Assembly: GCA_964016885.1 (NCBI GenBank) | Contig: OZ024741.1 | Span: 405,666,001 to 405,730,000, forward strand | Length of the DNA: 64,000 bases | Direction of reading: 5' to 3' | From: Eledone cirrhosa | Lineage: Eukaryota | Shown here: positions 47,401 to 62,400 of the stretch, one piece after another | Layout of the letters: each line of letters begins with the position of its first letter | How positions within the stretch are numbered: position 1 is the first letter of the stretch | Made by a program: the position numbers and the translations under genes | The notes under the pieces: generated by a model | Told to the model about the DNA's origin: nothing | Database searches by the model: none | What the model saw: only the letters and a program-made list of their open reading frames with translations

Positions 47401-50400
47401 TAGGGAGAATTGTAGAGTAGCTGAAAGTATTTAGGTTCATACTCCCTGGTTTATTTCAGGTTATTGAGATTGGAAGAATTGTAGACAAGCTGAAAGTATT
47501 TAGGTTCAAACTGCCTGGTTTATTTCAGGTTATTGAGATTAGAAGAATTGTAGACTAGCTGAAAGTATTTAGGTTCATACTGCCTGGTTTATTTCAGGTT
47601 ATTGAGATTGGAAGAATTGTAGAGTAGCTGAAAGTATTTAGGTTCATACTGCCTGGTTTATTTCAGGTTATTGAGATTGGAAGAATTGTAGACAAGCTGA
47701 AAGTATTTAGGTTCAAACTGCCTGGTTTATTTCAGGTTATTGAGATTAGAAGAATTGTAGACTAGCTGAAAGTATTTAGGTTCATACTGCCTGGTTTATT
47801 TCAGGTTATTGAGATTGGAAGAATTGTAGACTAGCTGAAAGTATTTAGGTTCATGCTGCCTGGTTTATTTCAGGTTATTGAGATTGGAAGAATTGTAGAC
47901 AAGCTGAAAGCATTTAGGTTCAAACTGCCTGGTTTATTTCAGGTTATTGAGATTAGAAGAATTGTAGACTAGCTGAAAGTATTTAGGTTCATACTGCCTG
48001 GTTTATTTCAGGTTATTGAGATTGGAAGAATTGTAGACAAGCTGAAAGTATTTAGGTTCAAACTGCCTGGTTTATTTCAGGTTATTGAGATTGGAAGAAT
48101 TGTAGACTAGCTGAAAGTATTTAGGTTCATACTGCCTGGTCTATTTCAGGTTCTTGAGATTGCAAGAATTGTAGACTAGCTGAAAGCATTTAGGTTCATA
48201 CTGCCTGGTTTATTTCAGGTTATTGAGATTGGAAGAATTGTCAACTAGCTGAAAGTATTTAGGTTCAAACTGCCTGGTTTATTTCAGGTTATTGAAATTA
48301 GAAGAATTGTAGACAAGCTGAAAGTATTTAGGTTCATACTGCCTGGTTTATTTCAGGTTATTGAGATTAGGGAGAATTGTAGGCGAGCTGAAAGTATTTA
48401 GGTTCAAACTGCCTGGTTTATTTCAGGTTATTGAGATTAGAAGAATTGTAGACTAGCTGACAGTATTTAGGTTCATACTGCCTGGTCTATTTCAGGTTAT
48501 TGAGACTGGGAGAATTGTAGACTAGCTGAAAGTATTTAGGTTCATACTGCCTGGTCTATTTCAGGTTATTGAGACTGGGAGAATTGTAGACTAGCTGAAA
48601 GTATTTAGGTTCATACTGCCTGGTTTATTTCAGGTTATTGAGATTAGGGAGAATTGTAGACTAGCTGACAGTATTTAGGTTCATACTGCCTGGTCTATTT
48701 CAGGTTATTGAGATTCGGAGAATTGTAGACTAGCTGACAGTATTTAGGTTCATACTGCCTGGTTTATTTCAGGTTATTGAGATTAGGGAGAATTGTAGAC
48801 TAGCTGAAAGTATTTAGGTTCATACTGACTGGTCTATTTCAGGTTATTGAGATTAGGAAGAATTGTAGACTAGCTGAAAGTATTTAGGTTCATACTGCCT
48901 GGTCTATTTCAGGTTAGTGAGATTAGGAAGAATTGTAGACTAGCTGAAAGTACTTAGGTTCATACTGCCTGGTTTATTTCAGGTTATTGAGATTGGTAGA
49001 ATTGTAGACTAGCTGAAAGTATTTAGGTTCATACTGCCTGGTCTATTTCAGGCTATTCAGATTAGGAAGAATTGTAGACTAGCTGAAAGTATTTAGGTTC
49101 ATACTGCCTGGTTTATTTCAGGTTATTGAGCTTAGGGAGAATTGTAGACTAGCTGAAAGTATTTAGGTTCATACTGCCTGGTTTATTTCAGGTTATTGAG
49201 ATTGGAAGAATTGTAGACAAGCTGAAAATATTTAGGTTCAAACTGCCTGGTTTATTTCAGGTTATTGAGATTAGAAGAATTGTAGACTAGCTGAAAGTAT
49301 TTAGGTTCATACTGCCTGGTTTATTTCAGGTTATTGAGATTGGAAGAATTGTAGACAAGCTGAAAGCATTTAGGTTCAAACTGCCTGGTTTATTTCAGGT
49401 TATTGAGATTAGAAGAATTGTAGACTAGCTGAAAGTATTTAGGTTCATACTGCCTGGTTTATTTCAGGTTATTGAGATTGGAAGAATTGTAGACAAGCTG
49501 AAAGTATTTAGGTTCAAACTGCCTGGTTTATTTCAGGTTATTGAGATTGGAAGAATTGTAGACTAGCTGAAAGTATTTAGGTTCATACTGCCTGGTCTAT
49601 TTCAGGTTATTGAGATTAGGAAGAATTGTAGACTAGCTGAAAGTATTTAGGTTCATACTGCCTGGTTTATTTCAGGTTATTGAGATTGGAAGAATTGTAG
49701 ACAAGCTGAAAGTATTTAGGTTCAAACTGCCTGGTTTATTTCAGGTTATTGAGATTAGAAGAATTGTAGACTAGCTGAAAGTATTTAGGTTCATACTGCC
49801 TGGTTTATTTCAGGTTATTGAGATTGGAAGAATTGTAGACAAGCTGAAAGCATTTAGGTTCAAACTGCCTGGTTTATTTCAGGTTATTGAGATTAGAAGA
49901 ATTGTAGACTAGCTGAAAGTATTTAGGTTCATACTGCCTGGTTTATTTCAGGTTATTGAGATTGGAAGAATTGTAGACAAGCTGAAAGTATTTAGGTTCA
50001 AACTGCCTGGTTTATTTCAGGTTATTGAGATTGGAAGAATTGTAGACTAGCTGAAAGTATTTAGGTTAATACTGCCTGGTCTATTTCAGGTTATTGAGAT
50101 TAGGAAGAATTGTAGACTAGCTGAAAGTATTTAGGTTCATACTGCCTGGTTTATTTCAGGTTATTGAGATTGGAAGAATTGTAGACAAGCTGAAAGTATT
50201 TAGGTTCAAACTGCCTGGTTTATTTCAGGTTATTGAGATTAGAAGAATTGTAGACTAGCTGAAAGTATTTAGGTTCATACTGCCTGGTTTATTTCAGGTT
50301 ATTGAGATTGGAATAATTGTAGACTAGCTGAAAGTATTTAGGTTCATACTGCCTGGTTTATTTCAGGTTATTGAGATTGGAAGAATTGTAGACAAGCTGA

Positions 50401-53400
50401 AAATATTTAGGTTCAAACTGCCTGGTTTATTTCAGGTTATTGAGATTAGAAGAATTGTAGACTAGCTGAAAGCATTTAGGTTCATACTGCCTGGTTTATT
50501 TCAGGTTATTGAGATTGGAAGAATTGTCAACTAGCTGAAAGTATTTAGGTTCAAACTGCCTGGTTTATTTCAGGTTATTGAGATTAGAAGAATTGTAGAC
50601 TAGCTGACAGTATTTAGGTTCATACTGCCTGGTCTATTTCAGGTTATTGAGATTCGGAGAATTGTAGACTAGCTGACAGTATTTAGGTTCATACTGCCTG
50701 GTTTATTTCAGGTTATTGAGATTAGGGAGAATTGTAGACTAGCTGAAAGTATTTAGGTTCATACTGCCTGGTCTATTTCAGGTTAGTGAGATTAGGAAGA
50801 ATTGTAGACTAGCTGAAAGTACTTAGGTTCATACTGCCTGGTTTATTTCAGGTTATTGAGATTGGTAGAATTGTAGACTAGCTGAAAGTATTTAGGTTCA
50901 TACTGCCTGGTCTATTTCAGGCTATTCAGATTAGGAAGAATTGTAGACTAGCTGAAAATATTTAGGTTCATACTGCCTGGTTTATTTCAGGTTATTGAGC
51001 TTAGGGAGAATTGTAGACTAGCTGAAAGTATTTAGGTTCATACTGCCTGGTCTATTTCAGGTTATTGAGTTTAGGGAGAATTGTAGACTAGCTGAAAGTA
51101 TTTAGGTTCATACTGCCTGGTCTATTTCAGGTTATTGAGATTAGGGAGAATTGTAGAGTAGCTGAAAGTATTTAGGTTCATACTGCCTGGTCTATTTCAG
51201 CTTATTGAGATTAGGGAGAATTGTAGAGTAGCTGAAAGTATTTAGGTTCATACTGCCTGGTTTATTTCAGGTTATTGAGATTGGAAGAATTGTAGACAAG
51301 CTGAAAGTATTTAGGTTCAAACTGCCTGGTTTATTTCAGGTTATTGAGATTAGAAGAATTGTAGACTAGCTGAAAGTATTTAGGTTCATACTGCCTGGTT
51401 TATTTCAGGTTATTGAGATTGGAAGAATTGTAGACAAGCTGAAAGCATTTAGGTTCAAACTGCCTGGTGTATTTCAGGTTATTGAGATTAGAAGAATTGT
51501 AGACTAGCTGAAAGTATTTAGGTTCATACTGCCTGGTTTATTTCAGGTTATTGAGATTGGAAGAATTGTAGACAAGCTGAAAGTATTTAGGTTCAAACTG
51601 CCTGGTTTATTTCAGGTTATTGAGATTGGAAGAATTGTAGACTAGCTGAAAGTATTTAGGTTCATACTGCCTGGTCTATTTCAGGTTCTTGAGATTGCAA
51701 GAATTGTAGACTAGCTGAAAGCATTTAGGTTCATACTGCCTGGTTTATTTCAGGTTATTGAGATTGGAAGAATTGTCAACTAGCTGAAAGTATTTAGGTT
51801 CAAACTGCCTGGTTTATTTCAGGTTATTGAGATTAGAAGAATTGTAGACAATCTGAAAGTATTTAGGTTCAAACTGCCTGGTTTATTTCAGGTTATTGAG
51901 ATTAGAAGAATTGTAGACTAGCTGAAAGTATTTAGGTTCATACTGCCTGGTTTATTTCAGGTTATTGAGATTTGAAGAATTGTAGACGAGCTGAAAGTAT
52001 TTAAGTTCATACTGCCTGATTTATTTCAGGTTATTGAGATTTGAAGAATTGTAGACTAGCTGAAAGTATTTAAGTTCATACTGACTGATTTATTTCAGGT
52101 TATTGAGATTAGGGAGAATTGTAGGCTAGCTGAAAGTATTTAAGTTCATACTGCCTGGTTTATTTCAGGTTATTGAGATTATAAGAATTGTAGACTAGCT
52201 GAAAGTATTTAGGTTCATACTGCCTGGTTTATTTCAGGTTATTGAGATTAGGAAGAATTGTAGACTAGCTGACAGTATTTAGGTTCATACTGCCTGGTCT
52301 ATTTCAGGTTATTGAGACTGGGAGAATTGTAGACTAGCTGAAAGTATTTAGGTTCATACTGCCAGTTCTATTTCAGGTTATTGAGATTATAAGAATTGTA
52401 TACTAGCTGAAAGTATTCAGGTTCATACTGCCTGGTTTATTTCAGGTTATTGAGATTAGGGAGAATTGTAGACTAGCTGACAGTATTTAGGTTCATACTG
52501 CCTGGTCAATTTCAGGTTCTTGAGATTCGGAGAATTGTAGACTAGCTGACAGTATTTATGTTCATACTGCCTGGTTTATTTCAGGTTATTGAGATTAGGG
52601 AGAATTGTAGACTAGCTGAAAGTATTTAGGTTCATACTGCCTGGTCTATTTCAGGTTATTGAGATTAGGAAGAATTGTAGACTAGCTGAAAGTATTTAGG
52701 TTCATACTGCCTGGTCTATTTCAGCTTATTGAGGTTAGGGAGAATTGTAGAGTAGCTGAAAGTATTTAGGTTCATACTGCCTGGTTTATTTCAGGTTATT
52801 GAGATTGGAAGAATTGTAGACAAGCTGAAAGTATTTAGGTTCAAACTGCCTGGTTTATTTCAGGTTATTGAGATTAGAAGAATTGTAGACTAGCTGAAAG
52901 TATTTAGGTTCATACTGCCTGGTTTATTTCAGGTTATTGAGATTGGAAGAATTGTAGACTAGCTGAAAGTATTTAGGTTCATACTGCCTGGTTTATTTCA
53001 GGTTATTGAGATTGGAAGAATTGTAGACAAGCTGAAAATATTTAGGTTCAAACTGCCTGGTTTATTTCAGGTTATTGAGATTAGAAGAATTGTAGACTAG
53101 CTGAAAGTATTTAGGTTCATACTGCCTGGTTTATTTCAGGTTATTGAGATTGGAAGAATTGTAGACTAGCTGAAAGTATTTAGGTTCATGCTGCCTGGTT
53201 TATTTCAGGTTATTGAGATTGGAAGAATTGTAGACAAGCTGAAAGCATTTAGGTTCAAACTGCCTGGTTTATTTCAGGTTATTGAGATTAGAAGAATTGT
53301 AGACTAGCTGAAAGTATTTAGGTTCATACTGCCTGGTTTATTTCAGGTTATTGAGATTGGAAGAATTGTAGACAAGCTGAAAGTATTTAGGTTCAAACTG

Positions 53401-56400
53401 CCTGGTTTATTTCAGGTTATTGAGGTTGGGAGAATTGTAGACTAGCTGAAAGTATTTAGGTTCATACTGCCTGGTCTATTTCTGGTTCTTGAGATTGCAA
53501 GAATTGTAGACTAGCTGAAAGCATTTAGGTTCATACTGCCTGGTTTATTTCAGGTTATTGAGATTTGAAGAATTGTAGACTAGCTGAAAGTATTTAAGTT
53601 CATACTGACTGATTTATTTCAGGTTATTTGGACTGGGAGAATTGTAGACTAGCTGAAAGTATTTAGGTTCATACTGCCAGTTCTATTTCAGGTTATTGAG
53701 ATTATAAGAATTGTATACTAGCTGAAAGTATTCAGGTTCATACTGCCTGGTTTATTTCAGGTTATTGAGAGTAGGGAGAATTGTAGACTAGCTGACAGTA
53801 TTTAGGTTCATACTGCCTGGTTTATTTCAGGTTATTGAGATTAGGGAGAATTGTAGACTAGCTGAAAGTATTTAGGTTCATACTGCCTGGTCTATTTCAG
53901 GTTATTGAGATTAGGAAGAATTGTAGACTAGCTGAAAGTATTTAGGTTCATACTGCCTGGTCTATTTCATGTTCTTGAGATTGGAAGAATTGTAGACAAG
54001 CTGAAAGTATTTAGGTTCATACTGCCTGGTCTATTTCAGGTTCTTGAGATTGGAAGAATTGTAGACAAGCTGAAAGTATTTAGGTTCATACTGCCTGGTC
54101 TATTTCAGTTTATTGAGATTAGAGAGAATTGTAGACTAGCTGAAAGCATTTAGGTTCATACTGCCTGGTCTATTTCAGGTTATTCAGATTAGGAAGAATT
54201 GTAGACTAGCTGAAAGTATTTAGGTTCATACTGCCTGGTCTATTTCAGGTTATTGAGCTTAGGGAGAATTGTAGACTAGCTGAAAGTATTTAGGTTCATA
54301 CTGCCTGGTCTATTTCAGGTTATTGAGTTTAGGGAGAATTGTAGACTAGCTGAAAATATTTAGGTTCATACTGCCTGGTTAATTTCAGGTTATTGAGATT
54401 AGGAAGAATTGTAGACTAGCTGAAAGTATTTAGGTTCATACTGCCTGGTCTATTTCAGGTTATTGAGATTAGGGAGAATTGTAGACTAGCTGGAAGTATT
54501 TAGGTTCATACTGCCTGGTCTATTTCAGGTTATTTAGATTAGGGAGAATTGTAGACTAGCTGAAAGTATTTAGGTTCAAACTGCCTGGTTTATTTCAGGT
54601 TATTGAGATTAGAAGAATTGTAGACTAGCCCAAACTATTTAGGTTCATACTGCCTGGTTTATTTCAGGTTATTGAGATTGGAAGAATTGTAGACAAGCTG
54701 AAAGCATTTATGTTCATACAGCCTGGTTTATTTCAGGTTATTGAGATTAGAGAGAATTGTAGACTAGCTGAAAGTATTTAGGTTCATACTGCCTGGTTTA
54801 TTTCAGGTTATTGAGATTATAAGAATTGTAGACTGGAAGAAAGTATTTCGGTTCATACTGCCTGGTGTATTTCAGGTTATTGAGATTGGAAGAATTGTAG
54901 ACTAGCTGAAAGTATTTAGGTTCATGCTGCCTGGTTTATTTCAGGTTATTGAGATTGGAAGAATTGTAGACAAGCTGAAAGCATTTAGGTTCAAACTGCC
55001 TGGTTTATTTCAGGTTATTGAGATTAGAAGAATTGTAGACTAGCTGAAAGTATTTAGGTTCATACTGCCTGGTTTATTTCAGGTTATTGAGATTGGAAGA
55101 ATTGTAGACAAGCTGAAAGTATTTAGGTTCAAACTGCCTGGTTTATTTCAGGTTATTGAGGTTGGGAGAATTGTAGACTAGCTGAAAGTATTTAGGTTCA
55201 TACTGCCTGGTTTATTTCAGGTTATTGAGATTGGAAGAATTGTAGACAAGCTGACAGTATTTAGGTTCATACTGCCTGGTCTATTTCAGGTTATTGAGAT
55301 TCGGAGAATTGTAGACTAGCTGACAGTATTTAGGTTCATACTGCCTGGTTTATTTCAGGTTATTGAGATTAGGGAGAATTGTAGACTAGCTGAAAGTATT
55401 TAGGTTCATACTGCCTGGTCTATTTCAGGTTAGTGAGATTAGGAAGAATTGTAGACTAGCTGAAAGTACTTAGGTTCATACTGCCTGGTTTATTTCAGGT
55501 TATTGAGATTGGTAGAATTGTAGACTAGCTGAAAGTATTTAGGTTCATACTGCCTGGTCTATTTCAGGCTATTCAGATTAGGAAGAATTGTAGACTAGCT
55601 GAAAATATTTAGGTTCATACTGCCTGGTTTATTTCAGGTTATTGAGCTTAGGGAGAATTGTAGACTAGCTGAAAGTATTTAGGTTCATACTGCCTGGTCT
55701 ATTTCAGGTTATTGAGTTTAGGGAGAATTGTAGACTAGCTGAAAGTATTTAGGTTCATACTGCCTGGTCTATTTCAGGTTATTGAGATTAGGGAGAATTG
55801 TAGAGTAGCTGAAAGTATTTAGGTTCATACTGCCTGGTCTATTTCAGCTTATTGAGATTAGGGAGAATTGTAGAGTAGCTGAAAGTATTTAGGTTCATAC
55901 TGCCTGGTTTATTTCAGGTTATTGAGATTGGAAGAATTGTAGACAAGCTGAAAGTATTTAGGTTCAAACTGCCTGGTTTATTTCAGGTTATTGAGATTAG
56001 AAGAATTGTAGACTAGCTGAAAGTATTTAGGTTCATACTGCCTGGTTTATTTCAGGTTATTGAGATTGGAAGAATTGTAGACAAGCTGAAAGCATTTAGG
56101 TTCAAACTGCCTGGTGTATTTCAGGTTATTGAGATTAGAAGAATTGTAGACTAGCTGAAAGTATTTAGGTTCATACTGCCTGGTTTATTTCAGGTTATTG
56201 AGATTGGAAGAATTGTAGACAAGCTGAAAGTATTTAGGTTCAAACTGCCTGGTTTATTTCAGGTTATTGAGATTGGAAGAATTGTAGACTAGCTGAAAGT
56301 ATTTAGGTTCATACTGCCTGGTCTATTTCAGGTTCTTGAGATTGCAAGAATTGTAGACTAGCTGAAAGCATTTAGGTTCATACTGCCTGGTTTATTTCAG

Positions 56401-59400
56401 GTTATTGAGATTGGAAGAATTGTCAACTAGCTGAAAGTATTTAGGTTCAAACTGCCTGGTTTATTTCAGGTTATTGAGATTAGAAGAATTGTAGACAATC
56501 TGAAAGTATTTAGGTTCAAACTGCCTGGTTTATTTCAGGTTATTGAGATTAGAAGAATTGTAGACTAGCTGAAAGTATTTAGGTTCATACTGCCTGGTTT
56601 ATTTCAGGTTATTGAGATTTGAAGAATTGTAGACGAGCTGAAAGTATTTAAGTTCATACTGCCTGATTTATTTCAGGTTATTGAGATTTGAAGAATTGTA
56701 GACTAGCTGAAAGTATTTAAGTTCATACTGACTGATTTATTTCAGGTTATTGAGATTAGGGAGAATTGTAGGCTAGCTGAAAGTATTTAAGTTCATACTG
56801 CCTGGTTTATTTCAGGTTATTGAGATTATAAGAATTGTAGACTAGCTGAAAGTATTTAGGTTCATACTGCCTGGTTTATTTCAGGTTATTGAGATTAGGA
56901 AGAATTGTAGACTAGCTGACAGTATTTAGGTTCATACTGCCTGGTCTATTTCAGGTTATTGAGACTGGGAGAATTGTAGACTAGCTGAAAGTATTTAGGT
57001 TCATACTGCCAGTTCTATTTCAGGTTATTGAGATTATAAGAATTGTATACTAGCTGAAAGTATTCAGGTTCATACTGCCTGGTTTATTTCAGGTTATTGA
57101 GATTAGGGAGAATTGTAGACTAGCTGACAGTATTTAGGTTCATACTGCCTGGTCAATTTCAGGTTCTTGAGATTCGGAGAATTGTAGACTAGCTGACAGT
57201 ATTTATGTTCATACTGCCTGGTTTATTTCAGGTTATTGAGATTAGGGAGAATTGTAGACTAGCTGAAAGTATTTAGGTTCATACTGCCTGGTCTATTTCA
57301 GGTTATTGAGATTAGGAAGAATTGTAGACTAGCTGAAAGTATTTAGGTTCATACTGCCTGGTCTATTTCAGCTTATTGAGGTTAGGGAGAATTGTAGAGT
57401 AGCTGAAAGTATTTAGGTTCATACTGCCTGGTTTATTTCAGGTTATTGAGATTGGAAGAATTGTAGACAAGCTGAAAGTATTTAGGTTCAAACTGCCTGG
57501 TTTATTTCAGGTTATTGAGATTAGAAGAATTGTAGACTAGCTGAAAGTATTTAGGTTCATACTGCCTGGTTTATTTCAGGTTATTGAGATTGGAAGAATT
57601 GTAGACTAGCTGAAAGTATTTAGGTTCATACTGCCTGGTTTATTTCAGGTTATTGAGATTGGAAGAATTGTAGACAAGCTGAAAATATTTAGGTTCAAAC
57701 TGCCTGGTTTATTTCAGGTTATTGAGATTAGAAGAATTGTAGACTAGCTGAAAGTATTTAGGTTCATACTGCCTGGTTTATTTCAGGTTATTGAGATTGG
57801 AAGAATTGTAGACTAGCTGAAAGTATTTAGGTTCATGCTGCCTGGTTTATTTCAGGTTATTGAGATTGGAAGAATTGTAGACAAGCTGAAAGCATTTAGG
57901 TTCAAACTGCCTGGTTTATTTCAGGTTATTGAGATTAGAAGAATTGTAGACTAGCTGAAAGTATTTAGGTTCATACTGCCTGGTTTATTTCAGGTTATTG
58001 AGATTGGAAGAATTGTAGACAAGCTGAAAGTATTTAGGTTCAAACTGCCTGGTTTATTTCAGGTTATTGAGGTTGGGAGAATTGTAGACTAGCTGAAAGT
58101 ATTTAGGTTCATACTGCCTGGTCTATTTCTGGTTCTTGAGATTGCAAGAATTGTAGACTAGCTGAAAGCATTTAGGTTCATACTGCCTGGTTTATTTCAG
58201 GTTATTGAGATTTGAAGAATTGTAGACTAGCTGAAAGTATTTAAGTTCATACTGACTGATTTATTTCAGGTTATTTGGACTGGGAGAATTGTAGACTAGC
58301 TGAAAGTATTTAGGTTCATACTGCCAGTTCTATTTCAGGTTATTGAGATTATAAGAATTGTATACTAGCTGAAAGTATTCAGGTTCATACTGCCTGGTTT
58401 ATTTCAGGTTATTGAGAGTAGGGAGAATTGTAGACTAGCTGACAGTATTTAGGTTCATACTGCCTGGTTTATTTCAGGTTATTGAGATTAGGGAGAATTG
58501 TAGACTAGCTGAAAGTATTTAGGTTCATACTGCCTGGTCTATTTCAGGTTATTGAGATTAGGAAGAATTGTAGACTAGCTGAAAGTATTTAGGTTCATAC
58601 TGCCTGGTCTATTTCATGTTCTTGAGATTGGAAGAATTGTAGACAAGCTGAAAGTATTTAGGTTCATACTGCCTGGTCTATTTCAGGTTCTTGAGATTGG
58701 AAGAATTGTAGACAAGCTGAAAGTATTTAGGTTCATACTGCCTGGTCTATTTCAGTTTATTGAGATTAGAGAGAATTGTAGACTAGCTGAAAGCATTTAG
58801 GTTCATACTGCCTGGTCTATTTCAGGTTATTCAGATTAGGAAGAATTGTAGACTAGCTGAAAGTATTTAGGTTCATACTGCCTGGTCTATTTCAGGTTAT
58901 TGAGCTTAGGGAGAATTGTAGACTAGCTGAAAGTATTTAGGTTCATACTGCCTGGTCTATTTCAGGTTATTGAGTTTAGGGAGAATTGTAGACTAGCTGA
59001 AAATATTTAGGTTCATACTGCCTGGTTAATTTCAGGTTATTGAGATTAGGAAGAATTGTAGACTAGCTGAAAGTATTTAGGTTCATACTGCCTGGTCTAT
59101 TTCAGGTTATTGAGATTAGGGAGAATTGTAGACTAGCTGGAAGTATTTAGGTTCATACTGCCTGGTCTATTTCAGGTTATTTAGATTAGGGAGAATTGTA
59201 GACTAGCTGAAAGTATTTAGGTTCAAACTGCCTGGTTTATTTCAGGTTATTGAGATTAGAAGAATTGTAGACTAGCCCAAACTATTTAGGTTCATACTGC
59301 CTGGTTTATTTCAGGTTATTGAGATTGGAAGAATTGTAGACAAGCTGAAAGCATTTATGTTCATACAGCCTGGTTTATTTCAGGTTATTGAGATTAGAGA

Positions 59401-62400
59401 GAATTGTAGACTAGCTGAAAGTATTTAGGTTCATACTGCCTGGTTTATTTCAGGTTATTGAGATTATAAGAATTGTAGACTGGAAGAAAGTATTTCGGTT
59501 CATACTGCCTGGTGTATTTCAGGTTATTGAGATTGGAAGAATTGTAGACTAGCTGAAAGTATTTAGGTTCATGCTGCCTGGTTTATTTCAGGTTATTGAG
59601 ATTGGAAGAATTGTAGACAAGCTGAAAGCATTTAGGTTCAAACTGCCTGGTTTATTTCAGGTTATTGAGATTAGAAGAATTGTAGACTAGCTGAAAGTAT
59701 TTAGGTTCATACTGCCTGGTTTATTTCAGGTTATTGAGATTGGAAGAATTGTAGACAAGCTGAAAGTATTTAGGTTCAAACTGCCTGGTTTATTTCAGGT
59801 TATTGAGGTTGGGAGAATTGTAGACTAGCTGAAAGTATTTAGGTTCATACTGCCTGGTTTATTTCAGGTTATTGAGATTGGAAGAATTGTAGACAAGCTG
59901 AAAGTATTTAGGTTCAAACTGCCTGGTTTATTTCAGGTTATTGAGGTTGGGAGAATTGTAGACTAGCTGAAAGTATTTAGGTTCATACTGCCTGGCCTAT
60001 TTCTGGTTCTTGAGATTGCAAGAATTGTAGACTAGCTGAAAGCATTTAGGTTCATACTGCCTGGTTTATTTCAGGTTATTGAGATTTGAAGAATTGCAGA
60101 CTAGCTGAAAGTATTTAAGTTCATACTGACTGATTTATTTCAGGTTATTTGGACTGGGAGAATTGTAGACTAGCTGAAAGTATTTAGGTTCATACTGCCA
60201 GTTCTATTTCAGGTTATTGAGATTATAAGAATTGTATACTAGCTGAAAGTATTCAGGTTCATACTGCCTGGTTTATTTCAGGTTATTGAGATTAGGGAGA
60301 ATTGTAGACTAGCTGAAAGTATTTAGGTTCATACTGCCTGGTCTATTTCAGGTTATTGAGATTAGGAAGAATTGTAGACTAGCTGAAAGTATTTAGGTTC
60401 ATACTGCCTGGTCTATTTCATGTTCTTGAGATTGGAAGAATTGTAGACAAGCTGAAAGTATTTAGGTTCATACTGCCTGGTCTATTTCAGGTTCTTGAGA
60501 TTGGAAGAATTGTAGACAAGCTGAAAGTATTTAGGTTCATACTGCCTGGTCTATTTCAGTTTATTGAGATTAGAGAGAATTGTAGACTAGCTGAAAGCAT
60601 TTAGGTTCATACTGCCTGGTCTATTTCAGGTTATTCAGATTAGGAAGAATTGTAGACTAGCTGAAAGTATTTAGGTTCATACTGCCTGGTCTATTTCAGG
60701 TTATTGAGCTTAGGGAGAATTGTAGACTAGCTGAAAGTATTTAGGTTCATACTGCCTGGTCTATTTCAGGTTATTGAGTTTAGGGAGAATTGTAGACTAG
60801 CTGAAAATATTTAGGTTCATACTGCCTGGTTAATTTCAGGTTATTGAGATTAGGAAGAATTGTAGACTAGCTGAAAGTATTTAGGTTCATACTGCCTGGT
60901 CTATTTCAGGTTATTGAGATTAGGGAGAATTGTAGACTAGCTGGAAGTATTTAGGTTCATACTGCCTGGTCTATTTCAGGTTATTTAGATTAGGGAGAAT
61001 TGTAGACTAGCTGAAAGTATTTAGGTTCAAACTGCCTGGTTTATTTCAGGTTATTGAGATTAGAAGAATTGTAGACTAGCCCAAACTATTTAGGTTCATA
61101 CTGCCTGGTTTATTTCAGGTTATTGAGATTGGAAGAATTGTAGACAAGCTGAAAGCATTTATGTTCATACAGCCTGGTTTATTTCAGGTTATTGAGATTA
61201 GAGAGAATTGTAGACTAGCTGAAAGTATTTAGGTTCATACTGCCTGGTTTATTTCAGGTTATTGAGATTATAAGAATTGTAGACTGGAAGAAAGTATTTC
61301 GGTTCATACTGCCTGGTGTATTTCAGGTTATTGAGATTTGAAGAATTGTAGACTAGCTGAATGTATTTAAGTTCATACTGCCTGGTTTATTTCAGTTTAT
61401 TGAGATTAGAGAGAATTGTAGACTAGCTGAAAGCATTTAGGTTCATACTGCCTGGTCTATTTCAGGTTATTCAGATTAGGAAGAATTGTAGACTAGCTGA
61501 AAGTATTTAGGTTCATACTGCCTGGTCTATTTCAGGTTATTGAGATTAGGGAGAATTGTAGACTAGCTGGAAGTATTTAGGTTCATACTGCCTGGTCTAT
61601 TTCAGGTTATTTAGATTAGGGAGAATTGTAGACTAGCTGAAAGTATTTAAGTTCAAACTGCCTGGTTTATTTCAGGTTATTGAGATTAGAAGAATTGTAG
61701 ACTAGCCCAAACTATTTAGGTTCATACTGCCTGGTTTATTTCAGGTTATTGAGATTGGAAGAATTGTAGACAAGCTGAAAGCATTTATGTTCATACAGTC
61801 TGGTTTATTTCAGGTTATTGAGATTAGAGAGAATTGTAGACTAGCTGAAAGTATTTAGGTTCATACTGCCTGGTTTATTTCAGGTTATTGAGATTATAAG
61901 AATTGTAGACTGGAAGAAAGTATTTCGGTTCATACTGCCTGTTGTATTTCAGGTTATTGAGATTTGAAGAATTGTAGACTAGCTGAATGTATTTAAGTTC
62001 ATACTGCCTGGTTTATTTCAGGTTATTGAGATTAGGGAGAATTGTAGGCTAGCTGAAAGTATTTAGGTTCATACTGCCTGGTTTATTTCAGGTTATTGAG
62101 ATTATAAGAATTGTAGACTAGCTGAAAGTATTTAGGTTCATACTGCCTGGTTTATTTCAGGTTATTGAGATTCGGAGAATTGTAGACTAGCTGACAGTAT
62201 TTAGGTTCATACTGCCTGTTTTATTGCAGGTTATTGAGATTAGGGAGAATTGTAGACTAGCTGAAAGTATTTAGGTTCATACTGCCTGGTCTATTTCAGG
62301 TTATTGAGATTAGGAAGAATTGTAGACTAGCTGAAAGTATTTAGATTCATACTGCCTGGTCTATTTCAGGTTATTGAGATAAGGAAGAATTGTAGACTAG

